This document shows, piece after piece, positions 32,902 to 41,149 of a stretch of 64,000 nucleotides of DNA. This DNA comes from Candidatus Omnitrophota bacterium. Lineage in GTDB: Bacteria > Omnitrophota > Omnitrophia > Omnitrophales > JACQLI01. A program made the position numbers and the translations under genes. Below the pieces are notes generated by a model. The model saw only the letters and a list, made by a program, of their open reading frames with translations, was not told where the DNA came from and ran no database searches. The stretch covers positions 9,084 to 73,083 of the forward strand of contig JACPCP010000009.1 in NCBI GenBank assembly GCA_016179745.1, given 5' to 3'. Numbering within the stretch: position 1 is the stretch's first letter; the number at the start of each line of letters is the position of its first letter.

Positions 32902-34130
32902 CAGAGGGGGTCCCCTTCCTTCTTCTTGCGGCCCTCTTTCTCTTGGCCGCCTTTTTTGCGGGCTCAGAGACCGCACTCTTTTCCCTGACCCGGATTGAAC
33001 GGCGCCGGCTTGTGGAGCGTTACCCGCGCCTGGGGGGTCTTGTGAATGACCTTTTGGCGCACCCCCGGCGGGTCCTGGTGACCCTCCTCATTGGAAACAA
33101 CCTGACCCATATTTTGGCAGCGGTCCTTGTGACGCTCGTCGGCCTCCGCTGGGTGGGTCCGGGCAGGGTAAGTCTCGTGGTCGCAATTTTTACCGTGGCG
33201 CTGATTTTTTTCGGCGAGGTGCTTCCCAAGGTCGTTGCTGTCCGAAAAAATGAGTCCCTCGCCATTTTGGCGGCTCCCCTTTTGGAATTTTTGTCCGGCC
33301 TCCTGTTTCCCTTGAGACGGCTCGTGCAGTTCCTCAGTGATGGGGTCCTCAGTTTTCTCCTGCGGGACAAAAAGGAATCCTCGGATTTGATTTCGGCCCA
33401 GGAGCTCAAGCTCCTCGTTAAGATCGGGGAGGAAGAGGGAATCTTGGACCGTCAGGAACGCCGCATGATCCAAAAGCTTTTTGAGCTGGGGGAACGGCCG
33501 GTCCGTTCCATTATGACGCACCGGACGGACCTGGTGGCCCTCCGGCTCGGGGATCCCTGGGAGAAGCAGGAGGAAGTGATGAAGCGTTTCCATTATTCTC
33601 ACTTTCCGGTTTATCAGGATTCGCTGGACCAAATTACCGGGGTTGTCACGACCCAGGAAGTGATCCTGAGCGGCCAACGGGACCTGACCAAATTTTTAAA
33701 GCCTGCTTTTTATGTGCCCGCTTTGAAACGGATTGACGAACTCCTGCGGGATTTCCAAAAGACGGGGGCCCATTTTGCCGTGTGCGTGGATGAATTCGGG
33801 GGCACGGCCGGCGTGGTGACGCTCGAAGACATCCTGGAGGAAATTTTCGGAGAATTTTACGACGAATACGCCAAGCCCGAGCAGGCCATTCGGGAGGGGG
33901 AGGGCGGAGAGTACCTCGTCGACGGAAAAATTTCACTGGGAGAGTTCAACGAATTCTTTCACGGGAACCTTCGCTCCAAAGAGGCCGCAACCCTGAGCGG
34001 GTTTGTCCTCGAAAAGATGGGCCGGGTCCCGAAAAAAGGCGATCTCCTGGAAATCCCCCATTTCCGCCTCCGCATCCACGACATGGCCCGTCAGCGGATC
34101 CTCAAAATTGGGGTGAGGCCCCAGCGATGA
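32898..34130 (+). CDS. CNNM/CorC-family transporter (DUF21 + CBS pair + CorC_HlyC)
   Basis: ATG 32898 overlaps the nadD stop (ATGA). GSETALFSL of DUF21, a CBS region, and a C-terminal transporter-associated domain. Confidence 0.85.
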   Translation: MTEGVPFLLLAALFLLAAFFAGSETALFSLTRIERRRLVERYPRLGGLVNDLLAHPRRVLVTLLIGNNLTHILAAVLVTLVGLRWVGPGRVSLVVAIFTVALIFFGEVLPKVVAVRKNESLAILAAPLLEFLSGLLFPLRRLVQFLSDGVLSFLLRDKKESSDLISAQELKLLVKIGEEEGILDRQERRMIQKLFELGERPVRSIMTHRTDLVALRLGDPWEKQEEVMKRFHYSHFPVYQDSLDQITGVVTTQEVILSGQRDLTKFLKPAFYVPALKRIDELLRDFQKTGAHFAVCVDEFGGTAGVVTLEDILEEIFGEFYDEYAKPEQAIREGEGGEYLVDGKISLGEFNEFFHGNLRSKEAATLSGFVLEKMGRVPKKGDLLEIPHFRLRIHDMARQRILKIGVRPQR

Positions 34131-35068
34131 CCCTCCTCCTCGGGCTGGCCGTCTGCCTTTTTTTCTCAGCCTTCTTCTCGGCCTCGGAGATGGCCTTTCT
34201 TTCGACCGACCGGGTCAAGCTCCGGGAGCTTTCCGAGCAGGGCATTGTCCGGGCCCGGTGGCTCCTGGATCTTTTTACGAATTCCCGGGAGTTTCTCACG
34301 GCCATGCTGATCGGTAACAACCTGGTCAATGTGTCAGCCGCCGTGCTCTTGACCGTTTTCCTTGAGACCCGGTTCGGGATCGAGAATGAGTGGGTGGCGA
34401 CGGCCCTTCTGGCCCCCGTCCTTATTGTTTTCGCCGAGACCGTGCCGAAGGGTTACGGCCGCTTCCGGGGCCGGGGTTTTTTGCTGGACCACACCAGCCT
34501 TGTTCTTTTCTTCTGGAAACTTTTTGCCTGGCCGGCCCGGCTGCTTCTCGGGGCCTCCGGGGTTTTTCTGGGGACCGGGCAGGGGAGCGGCCAGAGAAAT
34601 ATTCTTGTCAATGAAGACGAGTTCCGGTTTCTCATTGAAGAGAGTGTGCGCTCGGGTGTCCTGGAGGAACACGAAAAGAAATTTGTGGAGCGGATCCTGG
34701 ATTTTGAGCGGATTCCGGTCGAGCGGGTGCTGGTCCCTGTGGCGACCGTTCCCCGGGTGGAGCTTTCTGAGAAGGTGAAGGATGCCAAGGGGCGGGCCCG
34801 GCAGACGGGTTCCAAGGTGATTTTAGTTTATGAGGAAATTCCCAATATCGTCATCGGAATGATCTACACCTTTGATTTGCTTTTTGAAGAAGACGGCGAA
34901 AAGCCGCTTCGTTCTTTCCTCCGTTCGCCCATCTTTCTTCCCAAAGAGACCTCTCTCGAAAAGGCCTTCCTGACGCTGCAGGAAAGGCGGCAGTCCTTTG
35001 CCCTCGTGACAGACGCCCAGCTTGAAGTGGTCGGGCTCGTCAATATCGAAAACCTGCTCGCCCTTTAG
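34127..35068 (+). CDS. CNNM-family protein (DUF21 + CBS pair, no CorC_HlyC tail)
   Basis: ASEMAFLS and MLIGNNLVNV of DUF21, followed by a CBS-like region. Coupled to the upstream gene. Confidence 0.8.
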   Translation: MTLLLGLAVCLFFSAFFSASEMAFLSTDRVKLRELSEQGIVRARWLLDLFTNSREFLTAMLIGNNLVNVSAAVLLTVFLETRFGIENEWVATALLAPVLIVFAETVPKGYGRFRGRGFLLDHTSLVLFFWKLFAWPARLLLGASGVFLGTGQGSGQRNILVNEDEFRFLIEESVRSGVLEEHEKKFVERILDFERIPVERVLVPVATVPRVELSEKVKDAKGRARQTGSKVILVYEEIPNIVIGMIYTFDLLFEEDGEKPLRSFLRSPIFLPKETSLEKAFLTLQERRQSFALVTDAQLEVVGLVNIENLLAL

Positions 35069-35103
35069 CCCCGCCCGCAGTCAATCACAGGCCCAAAAAA
35101 AGT

Positions 35104-35132
35104 TTGACACCCGGCCCAGCCTTCCCTATACT
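35104..35132 (+). promoter_or_regulatory. Strong sigma70-like promoter of the iron-uptake operon
   Basis: TTGACA (35104-35109), a 17-nt spacer and TATACT (35127-35132). The -10 element ends only 8 nt before ATG 35141. Confidence 0.6.
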
Positions 35133-35140
35133 TCCTGCAA

Positions 35141-35590
35141 ATGAGATTCATTCTCAAAATCACAGTTCTGGGATTGGGGCTGGGGCTTGGAGCCGCTTCC
35201 CCGCAGAAGGGAGGGCCCTCGGCGTGGGCCTCGGAATCCAAAGCGCCTGCGGCCGTCGAGACCCACGAAGAGAAACCGCTCCACGGGGGCCATTTCGGGG
35301 ACGCCGGGAACCTTTATCATTATGAAGTCGTGCTTGAGCCGAACCGTGCGGTTCGGCTTTATCTTTACGATGAAACGGCGCAGCCGATGAAGGTGACCGG
35401 GATTCCGGCCCGCTGGACCCTCTCTCCCGACGATCCAAATCCCGTGCGGGGGGAATTTCAGGCGGGGGAACAGGGGGAATTTTACCGGGCCGAGGTCCCC
35501 CGGCCGGCGGGCCCCGTCCTTCATCTGAAGGTAGAAGCCCGGAGAAAAGGGGAATGGGTCCCCATGGAATTTTTTATCCCGCTTCAATGA
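35141..35590 (+). CDS. Secreted hypothetical protein, possible metal-binding accessory of FTR1
   Basis: Signal peptide MRFILKITVLGLGLGLGAAS. The mature part has an HGGHFGD...YHYEV His-rich motif. The stop overlaps the FTR1 start (ATGA). Confidence 0.55.
   Translation: MRFILKITVLGLGLGLGAASPQKGGPSAWASESKAPAAVETHEEKPLHGGHFGDAGNLYHYEVVLEPNRAVRLYLYDETAQPMKVTGIPARWTLSPDDPNPVRGEFQAGEQGEFYRAEVPRPAGPVLHLKVEARRKGEWVPMEFFIPLQ
35142..35156. promoter_or_regulatory. Fur-box-like 7-1-7 palindrome (site 1)
   Basis: TGAGATTCATTCTCA, compared with the Fur 7-1-7 consensus TGATAATnATTATCA. It overlaps the start codon and the predicted transcription start. Confidence 0.55.
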
Positions 35591-36417
35591 ATCCTTTAAT
35601 CGTATCCACCTTCGTCATTGTTTTTCGTGAGACCCTCGAAGCGGCTTTAATTGTCGGAATCATTCTTGCCTTTCTGGCCCGGACCCACGCCCAGCCCTTT
35701 ATGAGGCAGGTCCTCTCGGGAACGGTCTCGGCCCTCTTGGCGAGCGGGGTCATTGCCTTTCTCTTTGAGCGGACGGTGGGAAGTTTTGAGGGCCGGGCCG
35801 CTCAAATTTTCGAAGGCCTCGTGGCGCTCGTGGCGTCCGGTGTTCTCACCTACATGATTTTTTGGATGCACCGTCAAGCCTCCCGAATCCGTACCCATAT
35901 GGAAGCGGAACTCGTGGCCGTCGTGAACCGCAAAGATCTTTGGGCCCTGTGGGGGATGGCCTTTTTCGCCGTTTTAAGGGAAGGCGCTGAGACGATTCTC
36001 TTTTTGAAGGCCTCTGCCCTCCAGGCCGGCGGGGCCGTTTCAACCCTTGGAGGGGTTTCGGGTTTTTTCCTGGCGGCCCTTCTGGTGTTTGTCGTTTTTT
36101 GGCTCGGGAGGAAAATTCCCTTGAAACCCTTTTTCCACGGCACCGGCTTTCTTCTGACGCTGATGGCCGCCGGGCTCTTGGGCTACGGCGTCCACGAACT
36201 GGGAGAGGCGGGGTGGCTCCCGGTCTTGATCGAACACGCCTGGGACGTGAACGGTGTCCTGAATGAAAAAGAGGGGATGGGTTCTTTCTTGAAAGCCATT
36301 TTTGGCTACAACGGCAACCCCTCGCTCCTCGAGGCCGTTTCTTACTACACCTACCTTCTGGGCATCCTCACCCTTCTCGAGTGCCGCAAGGCCTCGGAAG
36401 CCCAAGCGCCCGCTTAA
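35587..36417 (+). CDS. FTR1/EfeU-family high-affinity iron permease
   Basis: Two REXXE motifs (FRETLEAA and LREGAETI) in a 7-TM protein. Confidence 0.85.
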   Translation: MNPLIVSTFVIVFRETLEAALIVGIILAFLARTHAQPFMRQVLSGTVSALLASGVIAFLFERTVGSFEGRAAQIFEGLVALVASGVLTYMIFWMHRQASRIRTHMEAELVAVVNRKDLWALWGMAFFAVLREGAETILFLKASALQAGGAVSTLGGVSGFFLAALLVFVVFWLGRKIPLKPFFHGTGFLLTLMAAGLLGYGVHELGEAGWLPVLIEHAWDVNGVLNEKEGMGSFLKAIFGYNGNPSLLEAVSYYTYLLGILTLLECRKASEAQAPA

Positions 36418-36463
36418 AGAAAATCATGAAGAACTCTGAACGGGAAAATTTTGGGTTGAAGGA

Positions 36464-36478
36464 TGAGAATGATTCTCA
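36464..36478. promoter_or_regulatory. Fur box (site 2), perfect 7-1-7 palindrome
   Basis: TGAGAATGATTCTCA. The extended GAGAATGATTCTCATTATC matches 16 of 19 positions of the classical GATAATGATAATCATTATC. It overlaps a possible promoter, TTGAAG-17-TTATCA. Confidence 0.75.
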
Positions 36479-36603
36479 TTATCAACCCCGGGGCCGGCCG
36501 GCCTTCCTCCTCCCCCCTGAGCGGCCGGCCCGCTGCTTTTATCCTCAGGTATTTGGAAACTCAAAATTTCAAATCTCAACAACCCAAAAAAGGAGAATTT
36601 AAG

Positions 36604-37950
36604 GTGAAGAATAAATTTCAAAAGATGGCCGCTTTGACACTCAGTTTATTTTTAGCCCTGCCGGTTTCACCGGGCCGTGCCGCCGGTGAGGAAGATTTGG
36701 TGAAGCGGGTTTCGGAGCTTGAGAAAAAGGTCAAGCGGGTGGAGGAGCTTGAGAACGAAGTGACGGCGCTGAAGAAGCAGCTTGAAATCACTCAGACGGG
36801 AGAGAGTGCGGACCGGGGCGCCGATTACATTCCGAAGAAGGCGGGCGAATTCACCGATAAGAAACTTTCGCCCAGCTTCGGCGGGGTCTACACAAAGCCC
36901 TTCCTTAAGCGCTACGGCCGGAACACCTACGTGGGCGGCTACATGGATATGGAGTATATCGATGACCAGGATTCCAATGCCCGCTTCCGCCAGCACCGCC
37001 TCATTCCCTTTATTTACTCCGACATCTCGGACCGGGTGAAGTTCGCCACCGAAATTGAATTTGAGGACGGGGGGCCGCAGAACAACCGGGCGGACGGCGA
37101 AGTGAAAATCGAGTTTGCGACGATCGACTACCTCCTCAATGAAAAGGTCAACTTCCGGACCGGAATCCTCCTGTCACCGCTCGGCAAGCTGAACCTGGTC
37201 CACGACTCTCCGATTCAGGATCTGGTGAACCGTCCGCTCGTCGATACTAATATTATTCCGACGACCCTCTCGGAGGCAGGCGCCGGTTTTTACGGCACGT
37301 TTTACCCCAGCGAGCTTTCCAAGCTCGATTATGAGATTTATCTTGTCAATGGCTTTGAGGGGATCGCCTCCAACGGAACAGCCCGCTTTACCCGCACGAG
37401 CGGACTTCGGGGAGGCCGGGGCTCTGAGAAAACGGACGTTAACGATGATCCGGCGATGGTGGGCCGGATTGCCTTCAGCCCGTTCCTCGGCCTCGAGACC
37501 GGCTTCTCAACGCACGTCGGCGATTACGACGCCACGGGAAAAAATCTGCTGGCGATTTATGCCTGGGACACGACGCTTCAAAAGGGCCCCTTCGAGCTTT
37601 TGTTCGAGGCCGCTTACGCCGATATTCATCGAAATGCCTTTGCCAAATCCAGGAACGTCCCCGGAAATCTCTGGGGCTACTACGTGCAGGGAAACTATCA
37701 CTTCCTGCCGGGTTTTCTCAAAAAGGGGCTCCCGGCCTTTTTTACCGACGAATCCAAATTCACGCTTTCGGCCCGCTGGGACCAGATGGATTTGGACGGG
37801 TCTGAGTCAAGCCGGTTCACCGCCGGCATCAACTTCCGTCCCACGGAGGACACGGTCTTTAAACTCGCCCATGAGTGGAATATTGAAAGCGGTGATTTGG
37901 CCGATGCCGGAAACAATGAACTTCAACTCTCTGCCGCCACTTACTTTTAA
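36604..37950 (+). CDS. Outer-membrane beta-barrel porin with an N-terminal coiled coil
   Basis: AAGGAGA RBS before GTG 36604. Signal peptide KNKFQKMAALTLSLFLALPVSPGRAAG. Heptad segment LVKRVSELEKKVKRVEELENEVTALKKQLE. Alternating beta-strand pattern. C-terminal ...LSAATYF (terminal Phe). Confidence 0.7.
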   Translation: MKNKFQKMAALTLSLFLALPVSPGRAAGEEDLVKRVSELEKKVKRVEELENEVTALKKQLEITQTGESADRGADYIPKKAGEFTDKKLSPSFGGVYTKPFLKRYGRNTYVGGYMDMEYIDDQDSNARFRQHRLIPFIYSDISDRVKFATEIEFEDGGPQNNRADGEVKIEFATIDYLLNEKVNFRTGILLSPLGKLNLVHDSPIQDLVNRPLVDTNIIPTTLSEAGAGFYGTFYPSELSKLDYEIYLVNGFEGIASNGTARFTRTSGLRGGRGSEKTDVNDDPAMVGRIAFSPFLGLETGFSTHVGDYDATGKNLLAIYAWDTTLQKGPFELLFEAAYADIHRNAFAKSRNVPGNLWGYYVQGNYHFLPGFLKKGLPAFFTDESKFTLSARWDQMDLDGSESSRFTAGINFRPTEDTVFKLAHEWNIESGDLADAGNNELQLSAATYF

Positions 37951-38401
37951 AAGGTGTTTGGTTTTGCTGGCGTTTGTCCTGGCGTCCAGTGGCTGTGCCT
38001 CGTTCCGGGACGGAGCGGTTGCCTCGCCCGATTATCGTGCAAAGTTCGCCGCCCCGCCGGAAAAGGTGTGGGAAGTTTTAGTGGACGTCCTGAAAGACCT
38101 TCCGATCAAGGAAGCGGACGCCGTCCGGCGACGGGTTGAAACGGAATGGATGGAGGGGTGGAGCGAACGGACCCTCGGGGCCTTCGGCGGCGGTCTGATG
38201 GGGAATCAATGGAAGAAGCGAGTCGGGCTCGTGGCCCGGCTTTTACCGGCGCCGGGCGGAGGGACCGAGCTTCGACTCGTCAGCCGGGTCCAGGAAAAAA
38301 CGCCGGGCGGGACACGGGCCTTCCGCTGGCAGCCCGTGCCCTCGGACGGAAAGATGGAAAGGGAAATCATTCAAAGGGTTCATTCGAGGCTTGAGACATG
38401 A
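37916..38401 (+). CDS. Lipoprotein, function unknown
   Basis: Lipobox VLASSGC. Only the 3' third of track ORF 37331..38401 is real; the 5' part overlaps the porin out of frame. Confidence 0.6.
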   Translation: MNFNSLPPLTFKRCLVLLAFVLASSGCASFRDGAVASPDYRAKFAAPPEKVWEVLVDVLKDLPIKEADAVRRRVETEWMEGWSERTLGAFGGGLMGNQWKKRVGLVARLLPAPGGGTELRLVSRVQEKTPGGTRAFRWQPVPSDGKMEREIIQRVHSRLET

Positions 38402-38919
38402 AGGATTTTTCCAAATCGGCCTACAACTTTTCCACGATCTCCGCCGGTCAGAAACTCACCTATTCGAGTTTTCTCGTTTTGATGCTGGCGGGCTGGCTCA
38501 CAATGATCGCATTTTACTTCAAGGAAACCGGTTTCAGCGTCCCGAGCCTCGTTGACTATTATCGGGGCAGCGAAGAGAGAATGTTGTTTCCCAAGACCTT
38601 CTACGCTCTCTGGGAAGTCACGCATTATCATCTTTTCACGATCCCCGTCGTCTTTCTCATCCTCATCCACCTTTTTATGCTGGCCCGGGCGGATTTCGTC
38701 TGGAAGCTGGGGCTCCTCGCAGCGAGCTTCACGGGCATGGTGTTGGACATTGGGACGCCGTGGCTCATTGTTTATTCCCATCCGGTCTGGGCGTGGGGAA
38801 AATTCCTCGGGCGCCTTCTCCTGAACGGGAGCTTTTTGATCTTGATCGGGTGGCCACTTTGGGAGATGTGGGCTTGGCGCCGCCCGAAGCCTTCGAGACA
38901 CCCGAGACCCGCCGCCTGA
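38398..38919 (+). CDS. Integral membrane protein, function unknown
   Basis: Four hydrophobic helices. Conserved-looking YYRGSEE...EVTHYHLF motif. ATGA overlap with the upstream gene. Confidence 0.6.
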   Translation: MKDFSKSAYNFSTISAGQKLTYSSFLVLMLAGWLTMIAFYFKETGFSVPSLVDYYRGSEERMLFPKTFYALWEVTHYHLFTIPVVFLILIHLFMLARADFVWKLGLLAASFTGMVLDIGTPWLIVYSHPVWAWGKFLGRLLLNGSFLILIGWPLWEMWAWRRPKPSRHPRPAA

Positions 38920-38991
38920 GACGGCGATTTCGCTCTTGGAGAAAGGGCTTGAACTCTTCTATAATAGCTCCCACACGACACCTCCAAACCC

Positions 38992-39456
38992 ATGGCGAAA
39001 CACTCGGCCGGCGAATTCCAAGAGCGGTTTCACGAGAAAAACCTGAAGCTCACGCACCCCCGCCAGGCGATCACCCAGAAGATCCTGTCGACCCGGGCGG
39101 GTGAGCATTTCTCGGCCGATGAGCTTTGGGAGCGGCTCCGGCGGAAGGGCGAGCGGATTTCCAAGGCCACGGTTTACCGCACGCTCCACCTCCTGGTCGA
39201 AGAAAAGGCGGTCGAAGAGCATGATTTCGGAAAAGGGCAGAAATATTACGAACGGATGGTCGAGCGGCCCCACCACGACCACCTCATTTGCATCCACTGC
39301 GGACGCATCCTTGAATTCGAAAATTCAAACATCGAACGCCTCCAGGGCGAAGTGGCCCGGCGGGAAGGTTTTATCATCCGCTACCACAGCCACAAACTTT
39401 TCGGGACCTGTTCCAGCTGCCGCCGGAAGGCCCCGCCGCCCGCCCGCCTTCGCTGA
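38992..39456 (+). CDS. fur: Fur-family transcriptional regulator
   Basis: Winged helix ...ISKATVYRTLHLL.... Metal sites HHDHLIC.HCG and C-terminal CSSC. Confidence 0.9.
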   Translation: MAKHSAGEFQERFHEKNLKLTHPRQAITQKILSTRAGEHFSADELWERLRRKGERISKATVYRTLHLLVEEKAVEEHDFGKGQKYYERMVERPHHDHLICIHCGRILEFENSNIERLQGEVARREGFIIRYHSHKLFGTCSSCRRKAPPPARLR

Positions 39457-39469
39457 TTTTTTCAAGAAA

Positions 39470-40087
39470 CTGCTGACAACCTCTCTTTGGTCCCCGCTCC
39501 TGATTTTTCTTCTATGGACGGCTGCCTTCTCAAACGTCTTGCCGGCCGCCGAGGCCTCCGAGGCTGAGAGAGAGCCCGAAGGGAACGCCCGAAATGAAAT
39601 TTATCTGACGCCGGAGGAGGCCCTGGAAAAGGCGTTTGCCGGAGCGGATCGAATCGAGAAAGAGGTGATCCGTCTCAGTCCTGAAGCGGAGGCAAGGGTG
39701 GCCCGGGCCGTCGGCCACCCGCTCTACGAACGGGAGTTTGTCCTTTACCGGGGAATCAAGGCCGGAAACCTTTTGGGGACTGCGATGATGGGGGAGGAGC
39801 TGGGGAAATTCCGCCCCATCACTTCGATGACGGTTGTCGGGCCGGACGGGAAGGTCCAGGACGTGAAGGTCCTGGTTTACCGGGAAAGCCACGGCAGCGA
39901 TGTCCGGAGAAAACGGTTTCTTTATCAATATTTCGGGAAAGGCCGTGACGACCCGATTCAGATCAACCAGGACATCACTTCGATTTCAGGCGCCACGATC
40001 TCGGTCCGGTCGATGAATGCCCAGGTCCGGAAGGCGCTGAACGTGATCTACGAGGCTTCTTTCAAAAAGTCCGGGGAGAAAGATTAA
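39470..40087 (+). CDS. Exported FMN-binding-domain protein (start unresolved)
   Basis: FMN_bind domain with the flavinylation-type motif ITSISGATISVRS. The N-terminal hydrophobic segment KKLLTTSLWSPLLIFLLWTAAF lies upstream of the first in-frame TTG. The 5' part of track ORF 39101 overlaps fur. Confidence 0.7.
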   Translation: MLTTSLWSPLLIFLLWTAAFSNVLPAAEASEAEREPEGNARNEIYLTPEEALEKAFAGADRIEKEVIRLSPEAEARVARAVGHPLYEREFVLYRGIKAGNLLGTAMMGEELGKFRPITSMTVVGPDGKVQDVKVLVYRESHGSDVRRKRFLYQYFGKGRDDPIQINQDITSISGATISVRSMNAQVRKALNVIYEASFKKSGEKD

Positions 40088-40090
40088 AAA

Positions 40091-41077
40091 ATGCGCCCGC
40101 TTTTCCGTTTCCTGATTCTCGGCCTGGCCCTTTGGGCCGGCTGTTCCCCCCGGCCCGCCTCACGCCGTCAAGAAGTCGTGATGGGGGTTTTCAATGAGGT
40201 GGTCGTCCTCGGTAAAGAGAAGCGGGACCGGGAACGGATTTTGGACCGGGCCTTTAAGCTCCTTCGTGAAATCGACGCCCGGATGAGCCACTACCAGGAG
40301 ACGAGTGAAATTTCCAGAGTCAATCGCCTGGGTTATGAGTCGCCCCAGGAGGTTTCCCCCGAGACCTTCGAGGTGATCGAGGCCTCCGTCAAATTTTACG
40401 AAAAGTCGGGCGGGGTCTTTGACATCACGGTTCTGCCGCTTGTGAAACTTTGGGGATTTTTTGACGGAAAGCCTCACCTGCCTCGGCCGGAGGAAATCCA
40501 GAACCTGCTGCCTCGGATTGGTGCCCATCAGCTGATTCTCGAGCCCGAAACAAGGAAAGTCGGTTTTCGGGTCCCCGGGATGGAGATTGATTTGGGAGGC
40601 ATTGCCAAGGGTTACGCCTGCGACCGGGTGGTCGGGCTTTTGAAATCGGAGGGGATCGAAAATGCGCTGGTGAATATCGGGGGGACGATCTTCGGCCTGG
40701 GAAGGTCCGGGGACGGAAAGCCCTGGCGGGTGGGCCTCCAGCATCCGAGGGACCCCACCCGGACCCTTCGGGTGATTACACTTTCCAACGAAGCCGTGTC
40801 CACGAGCGGGGATTACGAGCAATTTTTTGTCGTGGACGGCCGCCGCTATTCGCATATTCTCAACCCCCGCACCGGTTTCCCGGCGGACCGTTCCATTGCG
40901 GCGTCGGTCATGGCGCCCTCGGCGCTTCTCACGGATCTGCTCTCAACCAGCCTCTTCGTCCTTGGCCCCGAAAAGGCCTCTCTTCTGGCCGATCAGTTTC
41001 CGGAGGCCCGCTGGACCCTTACCTATTTTTCGGACGACGGCCGTTTTAAGACGCTCTCCTCAGAATCCGTCGCTTGA
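40091..41077 (+). CDS. apbE: FAD:protein FMN transferase (ApbE), lipoprotein
   Basis: Lipobox LALWAGC. ApbE motifs GVFDITV, DLGGIAKGYA, VSTSGDYE and SHILNPRTG. Confidence 0.9.
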   Translation: MRPLFRFLILGLALWAGCSPRPASRRQEVVMGVFNEVVVLGKEKRDRERILDRAFKLLREIDARMSHYQETSEISRVNRLGYESPQEVSPETFEVIEASVKFYEKSGGVFDITVLPLVKLWGFFDGKPHLPRPEEIQNLLPRIGAHQLILEPETRKVGFRVPGMEIDLGGIAKGYACDRVVGLLKSEGIENALVNIGGTIFGLGRSGDGKPWRVGLQHPRDPTRTLRVITLSNEAVSTSGDYEQFFVVDGRRYSHILNPRTGFPADRSIAASVMAPSALLTDLLSTSLFVLGPEKASLLADQFPEARWTLTYFSDDGRFKTLSSESVA

Positions 41078-41149
41078 ACTTTCCACGCTCTCAATAGAAG
41101 TCACCCGCCGGCCGATACTTTAAAGCCTGTCGTGGCGGTCTAAATCCTT

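Noticed and set aside
32212-33677. Minus-strand ORFs of 254 aa and 237 aa over nadD and the CNNM gene
   Set aside because: Both overlap well-supported + strand genes and have a shadow-frame composition.
36491-36531. GC-rich hairpin (GGGCCGGCC...GGCCGGCCC) in the porin leader as a terminator or attenuator
   Set aside because: The stem is built from the self-complementary GGCCGGCC, so several alternative folds are possible. The following T-tract is weak (GCTGCTTTTATCC). A function cannot be supported from sequence alone.
37331-37915. 5' two-thirds of track ORF 37331..38401
   Set aside because: It lies out of frame inside the porin gene and has a low-complexity Arg/Pro/Ser translation. Only the portion from ATG 37916, which carries a lipobox, looks real.
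38116-38128. 13-nt match (GGACGCCGTCCGG) to the palindromic repeat inside the lipoprotein CDS
   Set aside because: It is a single half-site with no inverted partner, in frame within coding sequence (EADAVRRRV). It is probably a chance GC-rich palindrome. It is mentioned only in connection with the repeat family.
39101-39456. 5' part of track ORF 39101..40087 overlapping fur
   Set aside because: It is an alternative frame of the well-supported fur gene. Homology to FMN_bind proteins begins only after the fur stop.
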